From Anaeramoeba ignava BMAN (taxonomy: Eukaryota > Protista > Anaeramoebae), in assembly GCA_028826165.1 (NCBI GenBank), contig JAPDFW010000103.1:930001-994000 (forward strand): a DNA stretch of 64,000 bases. Reading direction: 5' to 3'. Shown piece by piece: positions 42,121-54,800 of the stretch. The notes below the pieces were generated by a model. It did not search any database and had not been told where the DNA came from. It was given only the letters and a program-made list of their open reading frames with translations. Made by a program: the position numbers and the translations under genes. Position 1 is the first letter of the stretch, and every line of letters begins with the position of its first letter.

Positions 42121-43971
42121 ATGAATGAAGTTTTATTTTTGGGTGAAAATGAATATCCAAAACTTTTCAAAAATGATCCAAATGAAATAACAAATGCAAT
42201 TCAATTTAAATTTGAAAATGAAAATGAAAATGAAAATGAAAAACAAATTAAACAAATTTCATCAGGAAGTTTTTCAACAATTTTCCTTTTTGAAAATGGA
42301 AAAGCAATAGAATATTTAAATCGAGAAGATCCAAATCAAAATCCTCATAAAATTCAAATTGAAAATATTCAAAAAGTAACTGTTGGTTGGCAAAATGAAG
42401 CTATTTTAACAATAGAAGGAAATGTATTTGCCAAAGGAAAAGATATTAATCCAAATAATCCAAAAGAATTTATCAATATTTCATCATTAATTGAAGATAC
42501 AAATGATAGAACAGTTCAAGATATTGTTTCTGGATACAATTCAATTTACTTATTAACTTCAAATCAAAATGCTTATGGAATTGGTTCAAATAGATCTGAC
42601 CAACTTGGTGTTGATTCTAAAATACTTAAAGAAACAGAAAAACCAATTTTAATGATGAAAAATGTTTCTAAAGTATTTTCAGGAAATACTTCAAATCGTG
42701 TTTTTCTTTTAAATTCAAATCAAGAATTATTTGGATCAGGATATAATCAATGGGGCCAACTTGGATTAGGAAAATCAAGAAAAGAAGCAAAAATCCAAGA
42801 ACTAACACAAATCCAAAATATTCCAAAAGGCAAAATAATTGATATTAAAGGAGGAAATATTCATTCAATAATGCTGATTGAAGAAGAAGATGAAAATGAA
42901 AATCCAAAAAGAAAACTTTATTCATGTGGAAGTGCTATATCTAATGGGCTTGGCAAAAAATTTGGAGAAGATACTTATGAATTTACTGAACTCAAATCAC
43001 CTTTATTCAGAGATGATAATATTATTGAAATTGATATTGGATTTTTGCATACTTTGATTTTAACATATAAGAGAAAATTAATTGGATTTGGTGGCAGTAT
43101 GAGTGGTCAATTAGGAAATGGAAAAACATCCCCAAATGTATTCAAACCAATTGAAATTGAACTTCCTGAATTATCATTTGATCGTTTCAATTATCATATT
43201 TGTATTGGAGCTAATAAATCATTTCTTTATTATTCTCCTTCTCTTTCTTTTTCCAATCTTGAAGAAGATTTGAGAAAATTATTTCAAAGAAAAGAGTTTT
43301 GTGATATTTCATTTAAAACAAAAAATGGAGAAATAATTGAAGCTCATAAATTAATATTGAAATATAGATTAAATCAAAATCAAAATCAAATTGAAAAACT
43401 TAAAGAAATTATTTCAAAAAAATCAATTAAAGAATCAAATCAAATATTTGAAATGATTTATTCAAACAAAATCACAAATCCAATATTATATTCTGAAATT
43501 AAAGAAATTATAAATTCCAATGAAAAAATTGAAGAAACAATGAAAAGAATTTATTTAAATGAAAATGAAAAAGATTTTATAATTGAAAGAAAAGAAAAAC
43601 AATATAAATTCCCTAAATTAATATTAATAATGAGAAGTGAATTATATCGAGGAATGTTTTTATCTGTAACAAATGATACTTCTAATAAAGTTACAGATTA
43701 TAGTGAATTAAGTAATAAATCATTTGAAATATTTGAATATTGGATTTATTCAAATCAAATTAAAGAAGATATTCAAATTACACAAGAAATCATCAATGAA
43801 ATTAAAATTGGAATTGATTATTTTCAATTAAATCAAACATATCCAAATTTATTTGATTTATTAATTATGGAATTTAATAATCAAAAAAACAAAGCTTTTG
43901 AAGAACAATTAAAATCAAGCCCAGAATTATCAATATTATTCGATTTATTAATGAAATTGGCATATAATTGA
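42121..43971 (+). CDS. RCC1-repeat + BTB protein, copy 4 (intact, C-terminally extended)
   Basis: ATG at 42121 (MNEVLFLGEN) matches paralog starts; same RCC1 and BTB motifs. Confidence 0.92.
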   Translation: MNEVLFLGENEYPKLFKNDPNEITNAIQFKFENENENENEKQIKQISSGSFSTIFLFENGKAIEYLNREDPNQNPHKIQIENIQKVTVGWQNEAILTIEGNVFAKGKDINPNNPKEFINISSLIEDTNDRTVQDIVSGYNSIYLLTSNQNAYGIGSNRSDQLGVDSKILKETEKPILMMKNVSKVFSGNTSNRVFLLNSNQELFGSGYNQWGQLGLGKSRKEAKIQELTQIQNIPKGKIIDIKGGNIHSIMLIEEEDENENPKRKLYSCGSAISNGLGKKFGEDTYEFTELKSPLFRDDNIIEIDIGFLHTLILTYKRKLIGFGGSMSGQLGNGKTSPNVFKPIEIELPELSFDRFNYHICIGANKSFLYYSPSLSFSNLEEDLRKLFQRKEFCDISFKTKNGEIIEAHKLILKYRLNQNQNQIEKLKEIISKKSIKESNQIFEMIYSNKITNPILYSEIKEIINSNEKIEETMKRIYLNENEKDFIIERKEKQYKFPKLILIMRSELYRGMFLSVTNDTSNKVTDYSELSNKSFEIFEYWIYSNQIKEDIQITQEIINEIKIGIDYFQLNQTYPNLFDLLIMEFNNQKNKAFEEQLKSSPELSILFDLLMKLAYN

Positions 43972-44430
43972 AAATCAAAAATAAGCAAAAAATTAAAATC
44001 AAAAAAAGAAATATTTTTTCTCCTTTCTTTTTTTTAATTCTCATTTTAAAATCTTATTGAATGAAGATGGCAAATGAAATAAAAAAAAAAATAAAACAAA
44101 AAGAAATTAACCATCATTAGTTATTTTTTCTTTACAGTTTAAATTATTATTATTATTATTATTTAAAAGAAGATCAACTATTTGATCAATTTAAATAAAA
44201 AAAAAAAAATTTTTTTTTGATGGTAAAAAATACTTGAAAATTATAAAAACAAAAAAAGAAAAGCAAAGAAAAAATCTAAAAAAGAAAAAAATCTAAAATA
44301 AATTATGTAAATTTCTAATTTAGATTCCAATCATTTTCCAAACCATTTTTTAAAAGAAATGAAAAGAAAAAAAAAAATTCATTTTTTCATTTTTCATTTT
44401 TTCATTTTTTCATTTTTTATTTTTATTTAA

Positions 44431-47400
44431 ATGAGTAACCAAAAAAGAATTAGAAGATCAAATAAGCATTTACATCAAGAAACAACAACTCCAGATGAAA
44501 GAAGTTTAAGTCAAAAAAGAACAGAAAACAAAGGGTAAATTTTACAAATTTTTAGATTCATTTATAAAATTAAAATTAAAATTAATATTAAAATTAGAAT
44601 TAAAATTAAAATTAAAATTTAAATTAAAATTAAAATTCATTTATAAAATTAAAAATTAAAATTCATTTATAAAATTAAAATTAAAATTAGAATTAAAATT
44701 AAAATTAAAATTAAAATTAAAATTAAAATTAGAATTAAAATTAAAATTAAAATTAAAATTAAAATTAAAATTAAAATTAAAATTAAATTAAAATTAAAAT
44801 TAAAATTAAAATTAAAATTAAAATTCATTTATAAAATTAAAATTCATTTATAAAATTAAAATTATAATTAAAATTAAAATCAAAATTAAAATTAAAATTA
44901 GAATTAAAATTAGAATTTAAAATCAAAATTAAAATTAAAATCAAAATTAAAATTAAAATTAAAATTAAAATTAAAATTAAAATTTAAAATTAAATTAAAA
45001 TTAAAATTAAAATTAGAATTAGAATTTTAATATTAAAATTAAAATTAAAATTAAAATTAGAATTAGAATTAAAATTCATTTATAAAATCAAAATAAATTA
45101 AAATTCATTTATAAAATTAAAATTAAAATCAAAATCAAAATTAAAATTAAAATTAAAATTAAAATTAGAATCAAAATTAGAATTAGAATCAAAATTAGAA
45201 TTAAAATTCATTTATAAAATTAAAATTAAAATTAGAATTAGAATTAAAATTAAAATTAAAATACAAATTAAAATTAAAATTAAAATTAAAATTTAAATTG
45301 ATTTAGAAAGAAAAAAACTAAAAATAGAGTGCAATATTGGCCAGCAAAAAGAAAATCAATTTTTCGAAAAATTGTTACACCTTCTCATGTTGGTCCTACA
45401 ATTAAATTTAATATTATCAAAATTAATTCTTATGGAAAAAAACAAAGAAGGTTTTTATAATTATAATTTTCAATTTAAAATCAAAATTTAAAATCACATA
45501 TTTTTGAATAAATTAGAGCAATTACTTTATCTAAAAGAGGATTAAGTAATATTAGTGGAAAAAGTACAAAATGGTTTATAAATTCAAGAGATATTTATGG
45601 GTATTTAAAAATTAAAATTAAAATTAAAATTAAAATTAAAATTAAAATCAAAATTAAAATTTAAATTCATTTATAGAATTATAATTAAAATCAAAATTAA
45701 ATTTAAAATTAAAATCGAAATTAAAATTAAAATCAAAATTAAATTTAAAATTAAAATTAAAATTAACATTAATATTAAAATTAAAATTAAAATTAAAATT
45801 AAAAATTAAAATTAAAATTAAAATTAAAATTAAAATTAAAATTAAAATTAAATTTAAAATTAAAATTCATTTATAAAATTAAAATTAAAATTAAAATTAA
45901 AATTAAAATCAAAATTAAAATTAAAATTAAAATTAAAATTAAAATTTAAATTAAAATTAAAATTAAAATTAAAATCAAAATTAAAATCAAAATTAAAATT
46001 AAAATTCATTTATAAAATTAAAATTAAAATTCAAATTAAAATTAAAAATTAAAATTAAAATTAAAATTCATTTATAAAATTTATTTCAAAATTAAAATTA
46101 AAAGAATAAAAAGATCAAGAAATAGAAAAAGATTTACTTTAGTTGCATTCCATAGATATCATTTCCAATGCCAAAACGAAGGACAAGCAAATGAAATACT
46201 TACATTATTTAAGAAATTAAACCTTTTTCATACACAACAAAATATAACTGATAGTAATTCTGATTCAAGTGATTATGAATCAAGTGATGAAGATTCTGAT
46301 GAAGAAATTAATGAAAATATTCCTGAAGTTGAGAAAAAAAAAAGATTTAGTTGGAGAAGACGTTCCAAAAAAATACAAGTAGAAGAACCTGAAAAAATTG
46401 AACAAGATTCATTTGAAATTTTAAAAATGATTGGAAAAGGAAGTTTTGGAAAAGTAAAAAATAAATTGGATTAAAAAGAAAAAAAAGCAAAAAAATCATT
46501 TGCTTTTTTTTTTTAATTTGGTTCAATTTATTTTCTTATTGAATTTTTTTTTTCTTTTAAGGTTTATTTAGTTCGTAAAAAAGACAATCAAAAACTTTAT
46601 GCAATGAAAATTCTAGTTAAATCAGAACTTTATAGAAGAAAACAAATTGAACACACAAAAACTGAACAAAGAGTTCTTGCTTCTTTAGATCATCCTTTTA
46701 TAGTGAAACTTCATCATTCTTTTCAAACGAAATTTAAACTATATTTAATTTTAGATTATGTTCAAGGAGGAGAATTATTTTTTCATTTAAAAAGGTAAAA
46801 CAATTAATAAATATTAAAAAAAATTCAATATAAATTCAATATAAATTTAATAAATATTTAATATAAATTTAATATAAATATTTAATAAAAATATTTAATA
46901 TAAATTTAATATAAATATTAATATAAATAATTAATATAAATATTTAATAAATATTCAATATAAAAATTTAATAAATATTCAATATATAAATATTTAGAGC
47001 TGGCCAAAAAAGATTCCCACAAGAACTAGCAGTCTTTTACGTCGCAGAAATAGTTCTCGCAATTGAATATTTACACCAAAAAGATATTGTTTATCGAGAC
47101 TTAAAACCTGAAAATATTCTTTTAGAATCAAACGGTCACATCAAGATCACAGATTTTGGTCTGTCCAAAGAAGGAATCGTAAGCAACGATGGAAAAACAG
47201 AGGGAGAAAAAGCAACAACAATTTGCGGAACTGCAGAATATCTTGCACCAGAAGTAATCACCTCTGAAGGTCATGGAAAGGCTGTTGATTGGTGGTCAGT
47301 CGGTATTTTAATTTATGAAATGCTGGTTGGAAATCCTCCTTTTTATTCAGAAAACCGCAACGAAATGTTCATGAAAGCAATTCAAGCAAAACCCCCAATT

Positions 47401-47934
47401 CCAGACTTCCTCAGCGAAGAAGCAAAGGATATTATCCGCAAACTCCTCACAAGATCTCCTGCTTTAAGACTGGGCGCAAACGGAACTCATGAAATTAAAT
47501 CTCATCCTTTTTTCAAAAATATTGATTGGGAGCTTCTTTCTCAAAAAAGACTTGATCCTCCTTTCAAACCCAAAATACCTGTAAATTTCTTTTTTTCTTT
47601 TTTAAAAAAAAATTTCCCTAATTCTCAAAAAAGTTCTCATTTTTTTTAATTTGTTTTTTTTTTCATTTATTTTTATTAATAGGAAAATGACCCAAGTGAT
47701 ACTAGTTGTTTTGATTCAAGATTTACTACTTTTAAATCAGAAGATGATCAAACAGAAACAAATAATGTTGATGCTTATTTACTTGCAAATCTTTTTCCTC
47801 ATTTTTCTTTTTCAAGGAAAGAAGAAAATAATGAGGATCAAGATGACAATTCAGATTTTTATGTCAATTCCAATTCAAATCCAAATTCTGATTCTGATTC
47901 TGATACAGATTCTGATTTTCATGTTAAAAATTGA
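44431..47934 (+). CDS. AGC-family Ser/Thr kinase (Akt/SGK/S6K-like) with N-terminal PH-like region, multi-exon
   Basis: IGKGSFGKV, YAMKIL, HPFIVKL, GGELFFHL, VYRDLKPENILL, TDFGLSK, TICGTAEYLAPEV, VDWWSVG, PPFKP and hydrophobic motif FPHFSF. Confidence 0.93.
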
Positions 47935-48054
47935 AACTTATTATTTTTCATTTATTTTTTCATTTTTAAATTGAAATAATAATTTATATTTTTGTTTTTT
48001 TGTTTTTTTGTTTTTTTTGATTGTTGAATTTGAAATTAAAAATGAAAGATCATT

Positions 48055-49647
48055 TTATTCCATTCTTTTCTTAAAAAAGAAAATTGAACCAAAATCCAAA
48101 ATTAAAAAAAGCAAATAAAGAAAACTGAAAAAAAAATATAAGGAAATTTGTTGTGAATTTTCGAAATAAATTGGAATTGTAATCAAACAAATAAGATGAA
48201 CACAAAAATAAATGATTACAATTAATCTAAGCAAAAATAAATCTATTACACCTGTTAAATTTTGAAGAATAGCTGAACCACAACATTCCAAAAAAAATTC
48301 CAAATAAAGAGGAATAAAAACAATTCCATATTTCCATTTGATTGTTTCATCCATTCTTAATCCTAAAAAAAGGAAGAATAAAAAAAAGAAAAAAAGTAGA
48401 AAAATTGGAAAAATTCCAAGATTTCCAAATTCCATATTTTGGATTGTAATCAAAAGAAAAATTCCCATGAAAACCAAAAATACAAGAAGAGGAATGAAAA
48501 CAACAATCCAATTCCAATGAATATAATCATCCACTCTTAGTGCAATAAAAATCACTTGAAGAATCGAGAATAGAGTTAAAATTCTTGAAGGGAATTCGAA
48601 AAAATCAGAAATATCATTAATTTCAAAAATCTCCAAATGCACTAGACATACACTGATAAATCAAATCAATCAAAAATATCACAAAAAATCCAAATAAAGG
48701 AATCAAAATCAAAAGACTCAAATAGATCAATTTGTAATCAATTTTCTTCTCAATTTTGAGATGAATCATAACTAAAAATACTGTAGATCCAAAAGATAAT
48801 AAAATGAGTAAAATAGGAGTCAAGAAAGCTTCGCTTTTATCCTCGAAAATGCTTCTTTTTAAATCAAATTTTTGATTTCTTTTGGATTTTTCTTGTTCAA
48901 GTTTTTCTTCCAAAAAAATTTCATAAATTTCTTTTCCTTTTTCAATCATTTCTTCTTTTGGATTCTCCAAAGAATCTATATATTCAATTCTTTCTTGTTT
49001 CGAAGATTGAATAATTGGTCGATTTCTCCCTGAAGAATTTTGTTTTGTTGATTCATCCACTATAAAATTATTGAAATATTTTGATTGCTCTTTTTTTCTT
49101 TTTGCTTTCATTTTTTCCCTATTTTTTTCATTTCCATTTTTCAATGAAAATGTTTCAAATTTTGGATTGTTCCAACTTTGAAATCCAACAATTTCATTTG
49201 TATAAGAATCTCTTTGAATATAATCATAAATGAAAAATTTTTGATATGATTTTGCAATTCTTCTCCAAGTTTCTTGATCGTTACAAATGTCTTGAAAAGA
49301 ACTACAAGTCATTCCAAATTTTATGAAGTCACCAGGTGATAAATATTCACAAATCATAAACAAAACTAATTTTTTTTAAATAAATTTAAAAGAAAATTAT
49401 TTTGGAATTTTTTTTTCAAACAATTTTTCCATTAATTACTTTCTAAAGGAAGTTTTTCAATTATCAAATTCGGTTCTGTTGGTGAAATTTGATTATTTTT
49501 GTTCGATTCCAAATATTTTCCATTTTTTATTAACTCTATGGCGTTTTTAGGAATTATTATAACTCCTTTACTTTTATAAATTTTTAAATGGAAACGTGTT
49601 TCAATATTTTCTGTTGATTTCAAATTTCGCTTAATAGATTTTCTCAT
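48055..49647 (-). CDS. F-box protein with TMEM185/FAM11-like multi-pass membrane region
   Basis: IEKLPLE|LVLFMICEYLSPGDFIKFGMTCSSFQDICNDQETW (F-box across a short intron ~49369-49438); LRVDDYIHWNWIVVFIPL and LRMDETIKWKYGIVFIPLY repeats; frameshift ~48640. Confidence 0.75.
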
Positions 49648-49849
49648 TTTATTTTCACAAAGAAAAAAAATGAAAAAAATTTCGAATAAAAAAACTCCAT
49701 TTTTTTTTTCAATTTCAATCCAAATTATCAACATTTAATTACAAAATTTTTCTAAATTTTCATTTAATCTTCATTATTAATCTTAAATTATTAAAATCCA
49801 ATTCATTTTTCTTTTTAAAAAATTAATAAAAAAATTGAAATAATTTTAT

Positions 49850-51620
49850 TTCAAAATTTAAATAAATAATACTAAATAATTTACTTGAAAATTGATTTTA
49901 TTTTAAATTTAAATAATATTATTTATTATATTAATATTTTTAATTATTTATTAATTCAATTTTAATTATAATAAATATTTAAAAAGTGGAATAAATATTT
50001 TAATAAAAATAAATAATTAATTTTAATAATAATTAATAATAATTTAATTTAAATTTATTTTTATTTTTAATTTGAAATAATAATATTATTTATTATATTA
50101 ATATTTTTAATTATTTATTAATTTAATTTTAATTATAATAAAAATATTTGAAAAAGTGGAATAAATAATTTAATAAAGATAAATAATTAATTTTAATAAT
50201 AATTAATAATAATTTAATTTAAAATTATTTTATTTTAAATTGAAATAATAATATTATTTATTATATTAATATTTTTAATTATTTATTAATTTAATTTTAA
50301 TTATAATAAAATATTTGAAAAAGTGGAATAAATATTTTAATAAAAATAAATAATTAATTTTAATAATAATTAATAATAATTTAATTTAAAATTAATTTTA
50401 TTTTAAATTTAAATAATAATATTATTTATTATATTAATATTTTTAATTATTTATTAATTTAATTTTAATTATAATAAAATATTTGAAAAAGTGGAATAAA
50501 TAATTTAATAAAGATAAATAATTAATTTTAATAATAATTAATAATAATTTAATTTAAATTGATTTTTATTTTAAATTTAAATAATAATATTATTTATTAT
50601 ATTAATATTTTTAATTATTTATTAATTTAATTTTTAATTATAATAAAATATTTGAAAAAGTGGAATAAATATTTTAATAAAAAATAAATAATTAATTTTA
50701 ATAATAATTAATAATAATTTAATTTAGATTTGTTTTGTTTTTATGTTTTAATGAAAGAATTTAAATTTAATTATTATTAATTTCTATTTTCAATTTTAAT
50801 TATAATAAAATTTGAAAAAGTGGAATAAATATTTTAATAAATATAAATAATTAATTTTAATAATAATTAATAATAATTTAATTCAGATTTATTTTATTTA
50901 AAATTTAAAATAATAATATTATTTATTATATTAATATTTTTAATTATTTATTAATTTAATTTTAATTATAATAAAATATTTGAAAAAATTATGAATAAAT
51001 AATTTAATAAATATAAATAATTAATTTTAATAATAATTAATAATAATTTAATTTAGATTTATTTTATTTTCATGTTTTAATGAAAGAATTCAAATTTAAT
51101 TATTATTAATTTCTATATTTTCAATTTTAATTATAAAAAATATTTGAAAAAAGTGGAATAAATATTTTAATAAAAAGATAAATAATTAATTTTTAATAAT
51201 AATTAATAATAATTTAATTTAAAATTAATTTTATTTTAATTTAAATAATAATATTATTTATTATATTAATATTTTTAATTATTTATTAATTTAATTTTAA
51301 TTATAATAAAATATTTGAAAAAGTGGAATAAATATTTTAATAAAAATAAATAATTAATTTTAATAATAATTAATAATAATTTAATTTAGATTTGTTTTAT
51401 TTTTAAATTTAAATAATAATATTATTTATTATATTAATATTTTTAATTATTTATTAATTTAATTTTAATTATAATAAAATATTTGAAAAAGTGGAATAAA
51501 TAATTTAATAAATATAAATAATTAATTTTAATAATAATTAATAATAATTTAATTTAGATTTGTTTTATTTTAATGTTTTAATGAAAGAATTTAAATTTAA
51601 TTATTATTAATTTCTATTTC
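49850..51620. repeat. ~168-bp AT-rich satellite, ~10 copies, homologous to the TLDc intron repeat
   Basis: Marker aaaagtggaataaa at ~49981, 50151, 50318, 50486, 50654, 50815, 51146, 51317, 51486; shared core taataataattaataataatttaattt...ataataatattatttattatattaatattt. Confidence 0.9.
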
Positions 51621-51805
51621 CAATTTTTATTTTGGTTTTTTTTTCTTTTTTTCAATTTAATCTTCTTTTTAATAATATTTTTAAATTAAAATTAAATTGT
51701 TTAAAATTAAATTTGTTTTCTTATTTATTGATTTGAAGAATTTAAATTGATTGAAAGTAAATTAAAATTGAATTAAATTTTGAAAAAAAAAATGAAAAAT
51801 AGTTT

Positions 51806-54800
51806 TTAAATGAAATAAGTCTCAAGTTCATCAACAATCCATGATTTATAAGAACCAGCTAAATAACTTTGAGCTTCATCTGTTCCTTTTTTAATTCCAT
51901 TAGGTAGATTATAACTAGTACCAAAATCTGATTGACCAGGTTGTAAATTAGAAGATAAGAAAAAATCATAATCTGTTTTAATAAAGATAAATAATTAATT
52001 TTAATAATAATTAATAATAATTTAATTTAAAATTAATTTTATTTTAAATTTAAATAATAATATTATTTATTATATTAATATTTTAGATTATTTATTAATT
52101 TAATTTTAATTATAATAATAATAAATATTTATTAAATATAAATTATTTACGATCTATTTTAATAAATATAAATAATTAATTTTTAATAATAATTAATAAT
52201 AATTTATTTTAAAATTAATTTTATTTTTAAATTTAAATAATAATATTATTTATTATATTAATATTTTTAGATTATTTATTAATTTAATTTTAATTATAAT
52301 AATAAATATTTATTAAATATAAATTGACACGATCTATTTTAATAAATATAAATAATTAATTTTAATAATAATTAATAATAATTTAATTTAAAATTTATTT
52401 TATTTTAAATTGAAATAATAATATTATTTATTATATTAATATTTTAGATTATTTATTAATTTAATTTTAATTATAATAATATTTATTTATTAAATATAAA
52501 TTATTTACTAGCTATTTTAATAAATATAAATAATTAATTTTAATAACAATTAATAATAATTAAATTAAAATTATTTTTATTTTAAATTTAAATAATAATA
52601 TTATTTATTATATTAATATTTTGGATTAATTATTAATTTAATTTTAATTATAATAATAAATATTTATTAAATATAAATTATTTACCATCTATTTTAATAA
52701 ATATAAATAATTAATTTTAATAATAATTAATAATAATTTAATTTAAAAATTTATTTTATTTTAAATTTAAATAATAATATTATTTAATATATTAATATTT
52801 TTAGATTATTTATTAATTTAATTTTAATTATAATAATAAATATTTATTAAATATAAATTATTTACGTGCTATTTTAATAAATATAAATAATTAATTTTAA
52901 TAATAATTAATAATAATTTAATTTAAAATTTATTTTATTTTAAATTTAAATAATAATATTATTTATTATATTAATATTTTAGATTATTTATTAATTTAAT
53001 TTTAATTATAATAATATTTATTTATTAAATATAAATTATTTACCAACTATTTTTAATAAATATAAATAATTAATTTTAATAATAATTAATAATAATTTAA
53101 TTTAAAATTAATTTTATTTTTAAATTGAAATAATAATATTATTTAATATATATTAATATTTTAATTATTTATTAATTTAATTTTAATTATAATAATAATA
53201 AATATTTATTAAATATAAATTATTTACTCCCTATTTTAATAAATATAAATAATTAATTTTAATAATAATTAATAATAATTTAATTTAAAATTAATTTTAT
53301 TTTAAATTTAAATAATAATATTATTTATTATATTAATATTTTAGATTATTTATTAATTTAATTTTAATTATAATAATAATAAATATTTATTAAATATAAA
53401 TTATTTGTGATCTATTTTAATAAATATAAATAATTAATTTTAATAATAATTAATAATAATTTAATTTAAAATTTATTTTATTTTTAAATTGAAATAATAA
53501 TATTATTTATTATATTAATATTTTGGATTATTTATTAATTTAATTTTAATTATAATAATAAATATTTATTAAAATATAAATTATTTTATTTATTTTTAAT
53601 AAATATAAATAATTAATTTTAATAATAATTAATAATAATTTTAATTTAAAATTTAATTTTATTTTAAATTGAAATAATAATATTATTTATTATATTAATA
53701 TTTTGGATTATTTTATTAATTTAATTTTAATTATAATAATATTTATTTATTAAATATAAATTATTTACTAAACTATTTTAATAAATATAAATAATTAATT
53801 TTAATAATAATAATAATAATTTAATTTTAAATTTAATTTTTATTTTAAATTGAAAAATAATAATATTATTTATTATATTAATATTTTTGGATTATTTATT
53901 AATTTAATTTTAATTATAATAATAATTATTTATTAAAATATAAATTATTTACTAGCTATTTTAATAAATATAAATAATTAATTTTAATAATAATTAATAA
54001 TAATTTAATTTAAAATTATTTTTATTTTAAATTTAAATAATAATATTATTTATTATATTAATATTTTAGATTATTTATTAATTTAATTTTAATTATAATA
54101 AATATTTATTAAAATATAAATTATTTACCATCTATTTTCTTAAAATATAAATAATTTATTTTTTAATAATAATTAATAATAATTTAATTTAAAATTAATT
54201 TTATTTTAAAATTGAAATAATAATATTATTTATTATATTGATATTTTTGGATTATTTATTAATTTAATTTTTAATTATAATAATAAATATTTTATTAAAT
54301 ATAAATTATTTTAACTATTTTAATAAAGAATAAATAAATTAATTTTAATAATAATTAATAATAATTTTAATTTAAAATTAATTTTTATTTTAAATTTAAA
54401 ATAATAATATTATTTATTATATTATATTTTTTGTATTATTTATTAATTTAATTTTAATTATAATAATAAATATTTATTAAATATAAATTATTTACAAGCT
54501 ATTTTTAATAAAGATAAATAATTAATTTTAATAATAATTAATAATAATTTAATTTAAAATTAATTTTATTTTTAAATTGAAATAATAATATTATTTATTA
54601 TATTAATATTTTAGATTATTTATTAATTTAATTTTAATTATAATAATAATAAATATTTATTAAATATAAATTATTTACCAACTATTTTAATAAATATAAA
54701 TAATTAATTTTAATAATAATTAATAATAATTTAATTTAAAATTTATTTTATTTTAAATTTAAATAATAATATTATTTATTATATTAATATTTTAGATTAT

